A stretch of DNA of 62,645 nt, the filler included, from Vermamoeba vermiformis (lineage: Eukaryota): the NCBI GenBank assembly GCA_045837725.1. It is 5 parts of 5 records of this genome, joined end to end, with 100 filler letters (N's around TTAATTAATTAA, not from the genome) between each part and the next. Parts side by side here need not be neighbours in the genome. Positions count along the whole stretch, not along the records: positions 40,792 to 47,601 come from JBEWZL010000242.1; positions 47,702 to 62,645 come from JBEWZL010000248.1; 3 more parts are not named here. One strand, given 5' to 3'. Position 1 is the stretch's first letter. Each line of letters begins with the position of its first letter. This document shows positions 46,759-59,797 of this stretch, one piece after another. The position numbers and the translations under genes are program-made. The notes under the pieces were generated by a model. The model searched no databases, was not told the DNA's origin, and saw only the letters and a program-made list of their open reading frames with translations.

Positions 46759-47363
46759 TTTCGAGCGGACACTGAGTTACGCCGTTGCATGTCTCAATGG
46801 CTCATCGTTGGTGCTCGAGAAGAATAAGATTATCGAGTGCGGTGGTGTTAAGATTGAAGAACACAGCACACGCACTTTGCAAATCAACCACAACGAGTTT
46901 TATCAGCAAGTCTGGACGGTACGTTGACTATTAGAGAAGTATCCTTGGCTAATGGTTCTTGTAGGCTTTGAGAATAGATAAGACAAACGACATCGTGCTT
47001 TGCAACAACACGATTCATAAAGGCAAGACGCTTGGCATCACTGTGAAAGATTTAAAGGTACGTCTGCGTGCAGAAATAGCAACTAATAACGTGCGCAGAG
47101 TGGTCTCATTGACGGCAACAAAGTTCAAGACAATGTCAAGTCCGGCTTGTTGATGCAAGACTTGCAAAACGTCGTCATCACCAACAACGTGTTTAGCGGA
47201 AATGGTGACTGCGGTGTTGATGCAAAAGATGTGAAAGACGTTACCATAGCCAACAATACCATTGTAAGTATATTACAGCCACTGCGAGTACGTGCTGCTT
47301 AATCGACTGACAATCGCCGCAGGAAAATAATCTGATGTCCGGTGTGGATCTGTACAACTCGAC
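46759..47363 (+). pseudogene. Right-handed parallel beta-helix (PbH1) repeat gene, truncated by a telomere
   Basis: Spliced exons read ..ALRIDKTNDIVLCNNTIH..SGLIDGNKVQDNVKSGLLMQDLQNVVITNNVFSGNGDCGVDAKDVKDVTIANNTI ENNLMSGVDLYNST, then telomere. 5' end unresolved. Confidence 0.75.
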
Positions 47364-47592
47364 AGGGTTAGGGTTAGGGTTAGGGTTAGGGTTAGGGTTA
47401 GGGTTAGGGTTAGGGTTAGGGTTAGGGTTAGGGTTAGGGTTAGGGTTAGGGTTAGGGTTAGGGTTAGGGTTAGGGTTAGGGTTAGGGTTAGGGTTAGGGT
47501 TAGGGTTAGGGTTAGGGTTAGGGTTAGGGTTAGGGTTAGGGTTAGGGTTAGGGTTAGGGTTAGGGTTAGGGTTAGGGTTAGGGTTAGGGTTA
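47364..47592 (+). repeat. Telomere, ~38 perfect TTAGGG units
   Basis: Directly visible; the G-rich strand runs toward the contig end. Confidence 0.98.
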
Positions 47593-47601
47593 AGTTGGGG
47601 A

Positions 47602-47701
47602 NNNNNNNNNNNNNNNNNNNNNNNNNNNNNNNNNNNNNNNNNNNNTTAATTAATTAANNNNNNNNNNNNNNNNNNNNNNNNNNNNNNNNNNNNNNNNNNN
47701 N
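47602..47701. other. Artificial scaffold linker
   Basis: 100-nt N-run with TTAATTAATTAA. Confidence 0.97.
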
Positions 47702-47737
47702 ATATTGTACAGTGCACATGGATCTAGTCAACTGAAC

Positions 47738-49723
47738 TTAATCGCTGACATAAACATCACCATCACTACAATTGTTATAATCACTCACGCTGTCTTCATA
47801 CCGCACACTATCACTATCGTCATTAAGCACCTCGCTCATGCTAGAGGAGTCGTATTGGGGGCCAGATCCGCTGTCATCGACTAGTGAGTCAGATCCACTC
47901 GGTTCAACGTCATATTCATGAGAGGTACTATCATTGCTGTCACTACTGTCACTTTTCAAATCAGGAGTGCTAATACTGCTGTCATCCATGTCTATATTTT
48001 GAGCGCTTAATGAGTTGTCATCGGATCCAGATCTCATCGGCGACAATGAGTCATCAACACAACTGCTACTAATATCACTATCGCTACTGTCACTACTGTC
48101 GTCATATTGTTCGTATTTGACGCCCATTGAACTGTCACTGTGTGAGGAAATTTCATCTGCCCCGTCTGGATCGTCATTGCCGTCGTACAATTGTCTCTCA
48201 GGGGCATCACTATCACTATCATAATAGGCATATGATCGAATAGGATAGGTGGTAGTAGTGTATCTGTCATGGCTAGTACTTGACGCATCATTCGAGTCAG
48301 ATCCAGATCCAGATCTGACCTCACTATCTTCGTCATCGCTGGCATCAGACTCGTGCGTATAATCCATATTTAGACTGTCACTATCATCTTCATCACGTGA
48401 CATGACATCAGCGTCGTCTTCATCGAACAGTTCCTCGTCTTCTTCGTCAATGCTGTACGCCAAGATCTGCGATCTGGCAGTGTCGGACAAGAAGGGCATA
48501 ATCAACTCTAATAGTCTATTGCTCATTATTAAGGGCTGTTGACCATCGATTAAGAACCCTGGCCGTCGTCTGCTGCGTGGTTTGTTGCGCAAGTTCTGCT
48601 CCAATGTTGCGTCAGATCCGTCGCTGTTCAAGTGCGCATAGAAACAGGCCGCATTGAAGGGACAATAGCCTGTGCCGTACTTGAAGTATTTACATGGTAT
48701 TTGCTTCAACCGCTTCAAGTACCGCGCAGTGATTTTGTCCTTGATCTGCCCTGTCGCGTGCACTGGCGAGGGCACGACGAACAAGGACAATTGACGGCAC
48801 ATGGGACACGTGTGACTGACCGACTCCACGGCCTTGTCTGCGTCGTGTTGGTCTGTGGCACGCCAATTACGAATGCAATCGAGACAGTACACGTGGTCAC
48901 AACTGCCTAAAAAGGAAATAATGTCAGAACCTCCAAAACTATTTATCTCTTTAACCTCGTTAAAATTGAAATAAGGTATCATAATGTGTTCAGTAATATG
49001 TATATAAGTGTTATTGGTCTATTAGATTATGATAAGATGGTAAGTGGGGTTGATGTAGCTGGCTTACTTAACAACCCGAAAAGTCGTTTCTGCGACACTA
49101 CGCCATCAAAACATATCGAGCATTCTTTGTCCTTAGAGTCGCTTATTAACTGTTGCATAGTTTTGTCGAGTACTATAGCTGCTGCTTCGACTTGTCCGTT
49201 ACTGTTCTTGGATGTACCGTCAGGATTCGTTTCATCGTCATCAAATAGCAATTCGTGCGAATAAGGACATGCATCGCCTTTCATACAATTGCCGCTGAAG
49301 TAAAAGAAGCAAGGCTGCGGGTTCTTCTCGACTGGATTTGGATTCGAGGGACCAGATCCAGATTTGTTGTTTAATTCCTTTCTCTTAGTTTCATCGTGCA
49401 TCCATGCGCACTGCGCTCCATTTTTGCAATTTCCTTGCAAGAAAAATTTGCAGAGGATGTTGTCTAGTGAAAGTCAAGATTAGTCAGTTGAAAACCGATC
49501 CACGCGAAAATAATTTGCATAAAAACGCGAAATTAATTAAATATGATTATACGTGGTATTTATGGATTAATTACGCTATTTGCGTTCGTTCTCCAATTTG
49601 AAGAATTTTTGAAAATTATTCGGATCCGAAGAAAATTTTGCTGCAGAAATCGAAATCTTGAGAATAGCTATGCATATTACTGTACATACCTTTGTTGTTA
49701 AAATTTCTTGTATTATTATTCAT
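47738..49723 (-). CDS. Makorin-like E3 ligase (CCCH fingers + RING + CCCH) with long D/S-rich tail
   Basis: CKFFLQGNCKNGAQCAWMH, CFFYFSGNCMKGDACPYSH, CSICFD..FGLLS/CDHVYCLDCIRNWR..CPMCR, CKYFKYGTGYCPFNAACFYAH. Probable first exon at 49723. Confidence 0.9.
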
Positions 49724-49933
49724 AAACTATTAATTCAGAAGATCTCGTACTAGTTCTACTTTTCTTTTTTTAAGCGGTGAAAGATGAACAAAGAAATATT
49801 TAACGTCCTATCAGCAAGTACAAGCAGGAACAACTTTTTGTTGTGTATCGATACACAATCTGATAAAAATAGACCAAAAAAACAAGATCTGGTCAAGAAA
49901 AAGTTCTGAAATTGTGATTACTTTATTACGAGA

Positions 49934-52214
49934 TTAAAGATTAGTCTTAGGTTGGCAGTTGTTACCGCAAGGAGGATACGGCAAGGTATCAGGAACGATG
50001 TTAACCTCAGTAGTAATCTTGAACTCATGGAGTACATTGACGGGATCCTTTGAGGGCACTTCGTAGATCAATTCAACAAGGAAACCAGTCCAGCCAGAGA
50101 GAGGAGCATTTTGACTAAAATAATGGTTAGATTGGATTTAATCTAGATTGCCATGCCAAGAAATTTAGTGTGGATTCGAGAAACCGAAATGGATTTGGAA
50201 CGAAAAATTATGAGGCAAACAATACTTACGTAGCAACATAGACGCCATTGCCTTGATCTTCCAATTGATGATACCACCACATGACTGGTTGAGCGCAGCC
50301 AGGGAATTGATTGATGCACGTGATCAAACGGAAGTCTCGGCGCGTAGCGCTCAAGGTTCGTGCGTACCACATATAGACACTGATAATAAGACCGTCAGTC
50401 TCAATACAACACAAGTAGAGCTTGGGAAATTAGTCGCTAAGGCGTGTCAAAATAGTCGTTAACTTACCCCTTAGGCTTGTCTTGGGTCTTCACGATAATT
50501 TGAGCATTAGTCGAGTTTGAGCGGATCAATTGCCACGAGACACGAGGTTGAGGCTTGTTACCGAGCTGCATATGAATGAAGCTTGAGATCGACAAGGCAA
50601 CGTCAGTTTGGGAGCCCAAAAGTGCGTGTTCAGCATTGGGTACCATGCGCAAATACTTGCTGCCTTGAAGTTTGTCCCAGAAGAAACTGGCACCTATAAT
50701 AATTGTTAGCCTTATTCAAGCAATAAAAATAAGACTTTATTTTAGTAAAGTTAGACGTACCGTCCGGCAAAAAGAACTCATCACCAGTGGCGCAAATGAC
50801 GTACTTGGCCTTGTTGACGTATCTATCGAGGTACTTGATGGGATCAATAATGTCAGCCATCAATTGGAATTGAGGCGAGTTCAAGTAGCTCATGACATTT
50901 TCTTCCAACTGCAGCACGAGAGTCAGATCCATACAACAATTTTATTACGAGCACTTACGTAATCACCGAATGCAAAAGTCCATTCACCGAGTGCTTGCCA
51001 CATCTTGTTAATGTTGGGGACTGTTACAATCATCATTAATTACTGTTTGATGGTGCGTACTTGTGTCTTCACAACTGCGACAACATACCCATATCTAAGA
51101 TCGGAATGACAATAGGGATGAAGACAGTGACACGCTTGTCAACGGCAGCAACAGTCCAAGTCGTCCAGCCACGCTTGGAGGCACCTGTCATATCGATAAG
51201 TACACGCACTTAATAAGCTCAATTAAGACTACAAACGTACCAGCAATAGCGAAGCTCGTGATCTTGGGGATGTTCATGTTCTTGGTGAAATCTTGTACGG
51301 TGTCCCTAATTTGACACGTGTCATCAGCACCGAAGTGTCACAAAGTGTTCTCGATCATTACGTACATTGCACGAACGCCAGCCTTGGTCATGGGCATACG
51401 AGCCAACCAATAGGGTGACTTGGTGTCGTTGATGAAGTGCGCCCAAGTGTAGGCAATCATCGCATCCTCTGAACGGTGCTTCTTTTTGGGATCGGCGCTG
51501 AAGATAATAGGCTGGTTGGGAATGTCTTGCAAATCTATTAAATAACATAGTGTCATTATTTAAGTACTGAGTTATTCGCATAAATTTTTCTTACGCGCTG
51601 TCACGGCTTTGGTCGATCTGCACAAAATGTCAATAAAGCTGATCAAGCTCGTGGGTTGAGAATCGCTTGTATGACCGCCATCCATATATATCAATGAAGT
51701 GTTGTACATCACCTATTTAATTTATTCATTAAGCATTATAGAAACAGAAAGTTCCGATCTGATCTCGGATTTCAACTCAAACTTTGACTCGACATTAGTA
51801 ATCGAGTAAATATGGTACTTACTTCATCGGGAATGCAGACCATCAACCAATGCTTCCAAACAGGTTGATTAGTGTCAGCAGAGGTGAGCCAGGTTTGAGA
51901 AGTCATGTGGATGGCCTTCAATGTTTAAATATAATTATGATTAGTATGGAGAAATTAATCAGTAAGCATTTGATGACGAATTTTAATTTTAAATCGTTAA
52001 ATTCTTGCCAAATAAAATATCTTTTTAGATTTGTGGTAACGAATCCGGTTCTTACATAAGCAGTATAGCCAAATCCTCTGAAGTTCCCCTTGACTGAATA
52101 AGTATAGCTCGAGTCAGGCATGTTGACATAATCATCCAACGGAGTAGCATTGACAGTTGCGATCACCGACAACAAGGCGACAATAACCGCCACTTTATTC
52201 ATGACGGTCAGCAT
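49934..52214 (-). CDS. aprA: AprA/PqaA (PhoPQ-activated pathogenicity-related) family secreted protein, multi-exon
   Basis: Signal peptide then TPLDDYVN. MTSQTWL, IPNQP, EDAMIAYTW, MPMTKA, GASKRGWTTW, ATGDEFFLPD. Confidence 0.88.
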
Positions 52215-52350
52215 TATTGCTAATATGGTGATATATAATACAACGAGAATGATAATGACAATTCAACCAAGGACGTAATTTTGATTCTCCTATTTTTGGC
52301 TGCAGATCACGTGTTTGACTAAAAAAATTCTTTATTACAGTAGTTAATAT

Positions 52351-55300
52351 CTATATTTTAAAATGGGATGCTTCGTCGTTGATTGGTTGATATGGTACAT
52401 GTTTTTTACAGCGATCCAATCCAACAGCGAAGAGAGCAATGCCGACCAACAGGGATGCACCAGCTAAAGTCGCCAAGATGTAGAAGTTGTACTTCAATAC
52501 TGCTTCAGGCACGGTAACCTTGCTCTGATAGACCTGGAGTTGTGGCTCATTGATCTCCGAGAGTTGTCTGGCATAGAACAACGGATAAAACAAGCCGGTT
52601 GTTACTTTAGGACTGAACTTGGCGAACAGAGACTGCTTTTCGACGTGGAAATTTGCTTGAACACCTCTGTTAACATAAACGACTACAAAATAAACATATT
52701 AGTACATTTCTAGAACAAATAAAATGACTAAAGATAAATTTCCTAATTTGGAGTAGAAGATCCGGTTGTGCAGCTTACTTCTTCCGAGAACAGGTGCGAC
52801 ATAAGCCAAGATCATGTCAGTCTCCCAATTAGGCACCATGCCTTCCACCTTATTGATCCAATAATGATCCACGTTGAACATGTGAATGTACGACAAGAAC
52901 AGCGGGGCCCGTTTGATAGATGTCAAATTCACAAAGCCGGAGATGGCTGAGTTATAAAAGTAATGTGCTTCCATAGTCTCGTTGTCTAGTGAGTACCGCA
53001 TCACTTCAATACCCTATTCAAGTATTAGACAGGTCAGTACATTGACCCAAACCACGCGTCGTACCTTGAAATTGAGTCGTTCGCCCGTGTAAATGACATT
53101 AATTGGACGGAAAAACGTCTCATCCCACAAGTGAATGACCGTAGACTCATTGAAATATGGTGAATAGAAGCCTAGAATTAGCATTAGTACAAAGTTAATG
53201 ATTTTTGTTGGATCTTCGTACCATCGTCAGTCTTTCCAGTAATAGGAATAGGCTTCTCATATCCGCCGTTGAAAGTAGTTATTCCGTCCCACTGAACGTA
53301 CTCCATCACCTTCAAGTCATCGTCAATGCCCGTGTAAATGATATTTTCACCCTTGTTCTTCATCACAAACTCCGCCGACGTGTCGTTGACTTTAATCGGT
53401 GCGGAATAATTGCCCGTCATTAGGCCTAAGAGTTTGTCATGGCCCACAAAGATCCTGTATATAAGACATTAATACAATTGAAGTTCAATGTCGCGAAGAT
53501 GAGCTCGTACCAATCATTGACAGTTTGGTTCTTGAACATGCCGTAGCCTTGTGCAATAAGGCTCTCTAATGTCGGCGTAGTGTAGCTCGTGTAGACTTGT
53601 TCGAAATAAAGATCCGTTTTAATCGCGTCTTTCTCCGTCATGCCCCACAACTCCGTCAACGTAGTGTAATTGCCAGATAAAACAGCATTAGCATTGTCTT
53701 TGAGATATGCTCCAAAATTGAGAGGAGAGAATATTGAATTATTTCCCTAACAAAAAACGAGTTAGATCCAGGATTATATGAAAATTAACGTATGTTGGTC
53801 TTACGTAAAACAGCTTGTTGCAGGTATCAAGAGATATGGTTGGATTAGGCTCTTTAATGCCACTAGCCCAATAGTGGTACTCAGGAGGAATGCAGCTCGA
53901 ACAGTACAGATCCGGGTACACGGTCTTGATTGACTCTTTCCACACGCTGCCCATGCCCCACTGTGCGCATGAAAAGTCGGTGAGTGCCTTGATACCCTTA
54001 GGCGCTAAGATATTCAATGTTTGAGGCACCACAACTCCACTATAATTGTCAAAGTATCAGTACAAATAATTTCCTTTTTTGGTAATGCGTTTAAAAAACT
54101 CACGATTTGAAGTCTTCGCGTTGCAGCCAATTAGAAATCATTGCCAATTGAGTATCGGACACTTGGAACTGTGCTTTGAGTTCAATTTTAACGCTCAAAT
54201 TGTACGGAGCTCCCATCCAAAGGCGCGCAGATCCGCCCATCAAGTGCTGAGTCTCGTAGACCAATGAATTTGGTACTGACTTGTCAAACAACATCTTGGC
54301 AGTGTTAACAGATATTTCAGAGCTCTGTTTGTCGAGACTGAGTTGCAACGGAGTCAAGCCCTTGAACTCAGTCGTTTGATTGGCCCAAATAGCGTAAAAC
54401 TTCAGCTCTGCCTCTTCTTTAGTCATATTGCCTGTTTGCAACAATTTGACGGCATTATCAAAGGCGAGACCTAGAGCTTGAGGCGTCTAAAATTAATTGA
54501 TTAGCGGATCCGTTTTTAAACTTCAATACAAAGACAATCCGTCGATATTATAGTATATAATATTTATATATAAGAAGTTTACTTACGTAAGCCAACAGAG
54601 CATCGTCCACGAATCGATTGCTCAAAGTGTCGAAGATCAGCTTCATTTGAACACCATTAAAAGCAATTGATAAGCCAAAATCACCTCCAGTTTGACTTAA
54701 GATGGCCAAGTAAGTAGGATTAATATTAACGATCACATCGGTCATTGGATCTCCTTTTGATTGGTCCTTTTCGAAGTGGTACTCGCTGATCCAGTACAAA
54801 ATTAGTATTTCGATGCTAACCTTCATGCCTATACTTACACCATATCGTAGTACTTGATTTGCTTGCCATCATTGATAAATTCAGGATTGACCTTTACGCG
54901 GTGAAGCCTACAAAAATAGGCCGTTACTAGATGTGCTTTACAAACACATTTTTCTGCGTAAAATGCATCGCATATATGCATAAATAATATTCAAATATTT
55001 GTTAAATATTTGGTGAGCTTACCTGTAGCAATAGGGTCCTGTTTCATTCAGGATGGGCTTTGCTGTGCGCAACAAAACATCGTCCTTATTTGTCAGGTTG
55101 TAAAATGAATAGCACTCGTAGAATGGAGGGGCGTCAGGGAATTCATTGTCGACCCATTGTTGATACACCATTGAATCCTTAAAATGGATCACAATAAGCA
55201 ATTTATTGAAAAGACAATCAATTAAATTTGATAAATAAAATTAATCAACGCGTATAATATTCAAAATATTCAAAATAACGCCTAAATATAATTTTATGAG

Positions 55301-55537
55301 GATTCGATCAACTTTTTCTCAAAAGGCGCATTTAAAAATATCTTTATAATTAAACTGTACCTTTCCAGTAATCACTGAGTTTTGTACTACTAAGTCATGG
55401 TACAAGCCAGGCAAAGTAAAATGTAGTACAATAGCCACCGCGAAAATGATCGTGGCAGTAGTGAGCCAACCAATCCCGCAGCACAAGATGCGCCGATCGC
55501 GCTTCGGCAAGTTTCTCGGTAGTCCACAATCGCACAT
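52351..55537 (-). CDS. CD36/LIMP-II family lysosomal membrane protein, multi-exon
   Basis: N- and C-terminal transmembrane segments. FYNLTN..ETGPYCYR, PLFLSYIHMF, C-terminal YQPI sorting motif. Confidence 0.85.
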
Positions 55538-55799
55538 GAATATATGTACTTGCCTTGTTGCGTTCCAACTGAAATTAAGATCCACCAGAGCTATTTTTGT
55601 GATCCAATTTTTGGCGAGCAAAATTTCAGGCTCAAAAAGATTCAGTAGTTCTATTGTATATTATTAGTGTTGTCAACAAAGGTACATATTTTTGTAACGA
55701 ACGGCATTATTACGCAATAACGATCTATGCTGGAAAATAACCGCCACATCCACTTTCAAATCTAACCGAAACTAATTATGTCGCATTATTACAGCTAAA

Positions 55800-57294
55800 A
55801 TGAAGTCACTATTTGTTGTATTAGCTTTATTGGCTTGTGTTTATGCTCAGAGTAAGTTAACCACGAATCTCAACTTGGAGATTTTTTTTAATATTTAAAA
55901 ACCAATCTAACTATATTGCCATATTTTTACAATAATAATATAATATTCATTAAGAAATAATTATTATCGCAGTTTGCAAATCGCACCATGATTTGATTTC
56001 GAAATATTAACGTCTGAAAATTATGTAGGCTGCCCTGATGGTCAATATGGCACAGATTGCTCATGTACAGCTAGTAAGTATATTAACCACGATGTTAATA
56101 CGATAATATCATTTTCCAGTTTCAAAGGGTTAGATCTAACCGCTAAGTTTTTTAATTTTGAAATTTATTTTGATTCGCCGTAAAATAATTCAATATATTA
56201 ATCCATATTGTTTCAGACGTATTGGAGTTCATGTCCACCGCTACGTGCACTGCTGGTCGTTGGTCTATCACAGGAAATCTTACCATTGACGATCGCAGAA
56301 CTTTGAACGTTTCTCTTGATTTTATTGCTATCAGTGGCAATCTTATTCTCGGTGGTACGTATAATCCAGCATAAAATACATTTTACAAACTTTGACTGTC
56401 TCGCGGCTCGATGAATTCTTCAATTTCAGATGCAAGTCAAAGCTTCAAAATTTAAAATAAGCGATCGATTTGATTATTATATCGATATCATCCTAATATT
56501 ATTATGAACAGGTGAGAATGCAGCTCTCCAATACAGCGTTAATTTGAAGGACGGCAAATTCGGCTTCATGAACATCACCGGCGATGCTAACTACGGCAAG
56601 GGCAAATTGAACATCGATTTTACCACTATGCCTGGTACGTACTTATATCGGTATATTATACGCCCTATCGATACGCACATGTAACGAATTCGCCTGTACC
56701 AAATCAGTGAGGCGAATTACTTCCAATGAGTTCCTTCAAATCGATTGAATATTACCGCTATTGTTAGTTATGAATATTAATGATTTATTATATTATAGTT
56801 GGTAACTGGAGCATTTTCTTGTCTCAATACAAGACTCGTTCTGTTGGATTTGGCTCGAACAACTTGTTTACTTACCCCAAGACCGAGCAATTGTGCCGTG
56901 AGCTTCCTGGCGATAGAAACCCACTCATTAGTAAGTTTTAATACGCTCTTAGTCATATTAATACTCCTTCGTACCACAAAATTTTGTGCCAGTACGCGGC
57001 AATGTTTTTTCGTCAAGACGTTTATTTTGCGAAGAAATTCTTCGGAGAATAATTCTAGGAACAAAATATTAATCGTCTCGTTTGCTAGACTACGATACCC
57101 GCATGTTTGTGACGATCAATATTGTCGATAAGGCCAACTGCAATTTGAACAACCTCGTGCCCGGCAGCCGCTACTGGGTGTTTCAAACATTCATTGCAGC
57201 AGGCGCTATTGGTTTAGCCGTCGGTCTGTTCTTTATCATCACTTGCTGCGCTCCTCAGCCTAAAAAGAAGATCTGGGAGAAGCTCGAGGATTAA
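55800..57294 (+). CDS. Secreted single-pass membrane protein, multi-exon, unknown function
   Basis: Signal peptide MKSLFVVLALLACVYAQ, CPDGQYGTDC exon, C-terminal TM FIAAGAIGLAVGLFFIITCC followed by a basic tail. Confidence 0.7.
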
Positions 57295-57699
57295 AAAGAA
57301 TGTTATATTTACTGGCGCGAGTTTGATAATCGCGAAATTACAAAGCCTATTTAATATTTGTTTTTTTATTGTTCGTACGTAACAAGTAAAATCTGTTTTA
57401 TTAATGTAAAATGGGTTATTGGTCAATAGCGGATCTCGGTCACCACGCACCTTTTACGGTAAAATAATTTATTTGTATAACAGATATTACATTCGCAATT
57501 GCTTTTGTACAGTTGTCTTGAGTTGCTTTCGTATTATTTGCATATCTTACATTATGTAGGTTCTTTGGGTGGATAATGAGCAGTTGTTAGTAACGTGTTT
57601 TACACTGGCTCTTTTTGCATAATTTTATATTAATGATGAGCGTATATTTAACGAAAGAAATAACGTCAATGATATTACGATGAAACAGCGTACTTTATA

Positions 57700-59355
57700 G
57701 CAATCAGTAACGACAAGTTGCTTCATTTGGTGGATTTGTTAAAGTGGATCGTGTCACGTACCTCCAAGCAACAAAAACAAGTACCAAAGCAACAGATCCA
57801 GTCCAATAGCCGCGCTTATTCGTCCCATGCCGCCTCTGATAAATAGCAAAAACACCGTTAGCCAGGAGTACTATAGAAATACGAGAGCTCGTGCCGAAAG
57901 GGGCATCCAACGAGATTGGTCGTGCAGTAACACTTACTTTAACATGGCTGATTTAAATCGTTCAAAACTTGCACTTTGTTGTTCTGTCCGATTGTTGTAT
58001 GATTGTTGGTTACTGCTATTGTTGTAGCCTTGATCTGTTTTGAAGTATGATAACACTTTGTTCTTCGTTTGTACAGCTTGGTTGATTATAGAGTGCGATC
58101 TATTCATGATAGTCCATTAGTATGGAATATTGCTTGGGTGTAATTGATTTTTTTAAAATAAATTTGAAATAATATTGATCAGATGATATTTATTTTTGCT
58201 TTAGCACGGCACTTACTGGTTTAAATTATTTATTGTTAACCGGGCTCAAATCCCCCCGTAAACCGTTTTATAAAACTGTTCAAATTAAATTTAAGTTTTG
58301 ATTTTATGCAATTGTTTAATTTCCGAAGCGATTTAGAACTTTTTAATTTATTTTGTTGAAAGAATTCGATAAATTAAAAATTTTAATAATAATTAAACAT
58401 TTTAATTAATCAATACTGGCGGTGCGATGCATTGCCCTCGCCCGTTAGCAATAGTAATATCACACGTATTTAGGGAAGTATATAATATTTATTTAACGTT
58501 GCAATACAAATATACAGTACGATCAGCGGGACAGCTGTTGTGCACTTGTGAGTGTCAGTAGCGGTGGTAGGTTCACTTACCCAAGGCGCCGTGTATCGTG
58601 TGGTTTTGTGGCTTACTTCGTGATTAAACTTTGAAAAATGAACGGAAAAGATTCTGCGGTGACGTCAAGCTCCTTCCAAATATGGTCAAAATGGCCAAAT
58701 TCATAGGAAATTCTTGTCCGAAAACTAGAATGACCAATCGTTAGCGAGCTTTGATTCGTTGTCACCGCAAGTCATGTTTTTCATTGTCAAAGTCAGCACA
58801 AGCCACGTAGCCACACGACGCACTGCACTTGGGTAAGTTTATCGCTAATGACACACGAGCAAGCAGAGCAACCAGCCGCCTTGAACTGTCGTACTGTGCA
58901 TTGTAATTGCAACGCTAAATAAAATTACGTTCACTAAATACTAGTGTCTTATTCACTGAAGCCACGTGCCGAACGTGACCGCGAGCACCGCTGGTATCAA
59001 TTAATTAAAATGTTTAATTATTATTAACATTTTAAATTTACAAATTCTTTCAATAAAATGTAGAAATCGAAGTTCTAAATCGCTTCGCAAATTAAACATT
59101 TGAATAAAATTAAAACTTTAATTTAATTTGAACAGTTTTATAAAACAGTTTACGGGGGGATTTGAGCCCGGTTAACAATACATTATTTTGATATAAATTT
59201 TTCTCGAACGTAAATTGTGTTTTGTTTTGCTGTTTGTTCGCGTTTGGTTTCTGCAGCGGATTGGCCTGAGTTACTGTTGCTTTTTGGTTTCGAAGGGCTG
59301 CCACGCCCTTACGCAACGCTCGCCTTAGTGTTGTCCTATACATGTTCGATAGCAC
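57700..59355 (-). pseudogene. Small gene with a mitochondrial-presequence-like N-terminus, interrupted in exon 1 by the MITE
   Basis: MLSNMYRTTLRRALRKG..QNNV resumes in frame as NNLNQ after removing 58233-59180, then splices in frame to SHSIINQAVQTK. Downstream exons uncertain. Confidence 0.55.
58233..59178. mobile_element. Non-autonomous foldback element (MITE-like, 946 bp) of the adjacent IS630/Tc1 family
   Basis: Termini TTGTTAACCGGGCTCAAATCCCCC as an inverted pair, TA on both sides (58231-58232 and 59179-59180), no coding capacity. Confidence 0.92.
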
Positions 59356-59797
59356 TCTACTGCAACAATAGATAACACGCCAAGTAAACAGATTATGGCA
59401 CTTTATTGTTAACCGGGCTCAAATCCCCCCGGAAAATTGTTTATAAAACTCTTAAAATTAAAATTAAGTTTCAATTCTATTAAAATATTGAATTATGAAA
59501 CAACGATAAACAAATTAATTATCAGAACGAACAATTTAAAATGATTTAACAATTAATATTAATAAATTACGGCAGTAACGGATGCACGCAGATCGACGGA
59601 TGTGTTCGTTAAATTATTTTGTCGTGACTGATTTGAGACAACACCGGAACTAACCTTTATTTTAAACATAAATATATGTATACAACAACATGAATACCAA
59701 AACTACAAAAAACAAAGAAAGTCACGAGCGCGAGATTGGCGAGGAGAGCGAGCAAGCAGTGGGAGCATGGAGCATTGGATTGTCGTTGCGTTGTATT

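Noticed and set aside
47335-47649. GL-repeat ORF
   Set aside because: It is the translation of the TTAGGG telomere.
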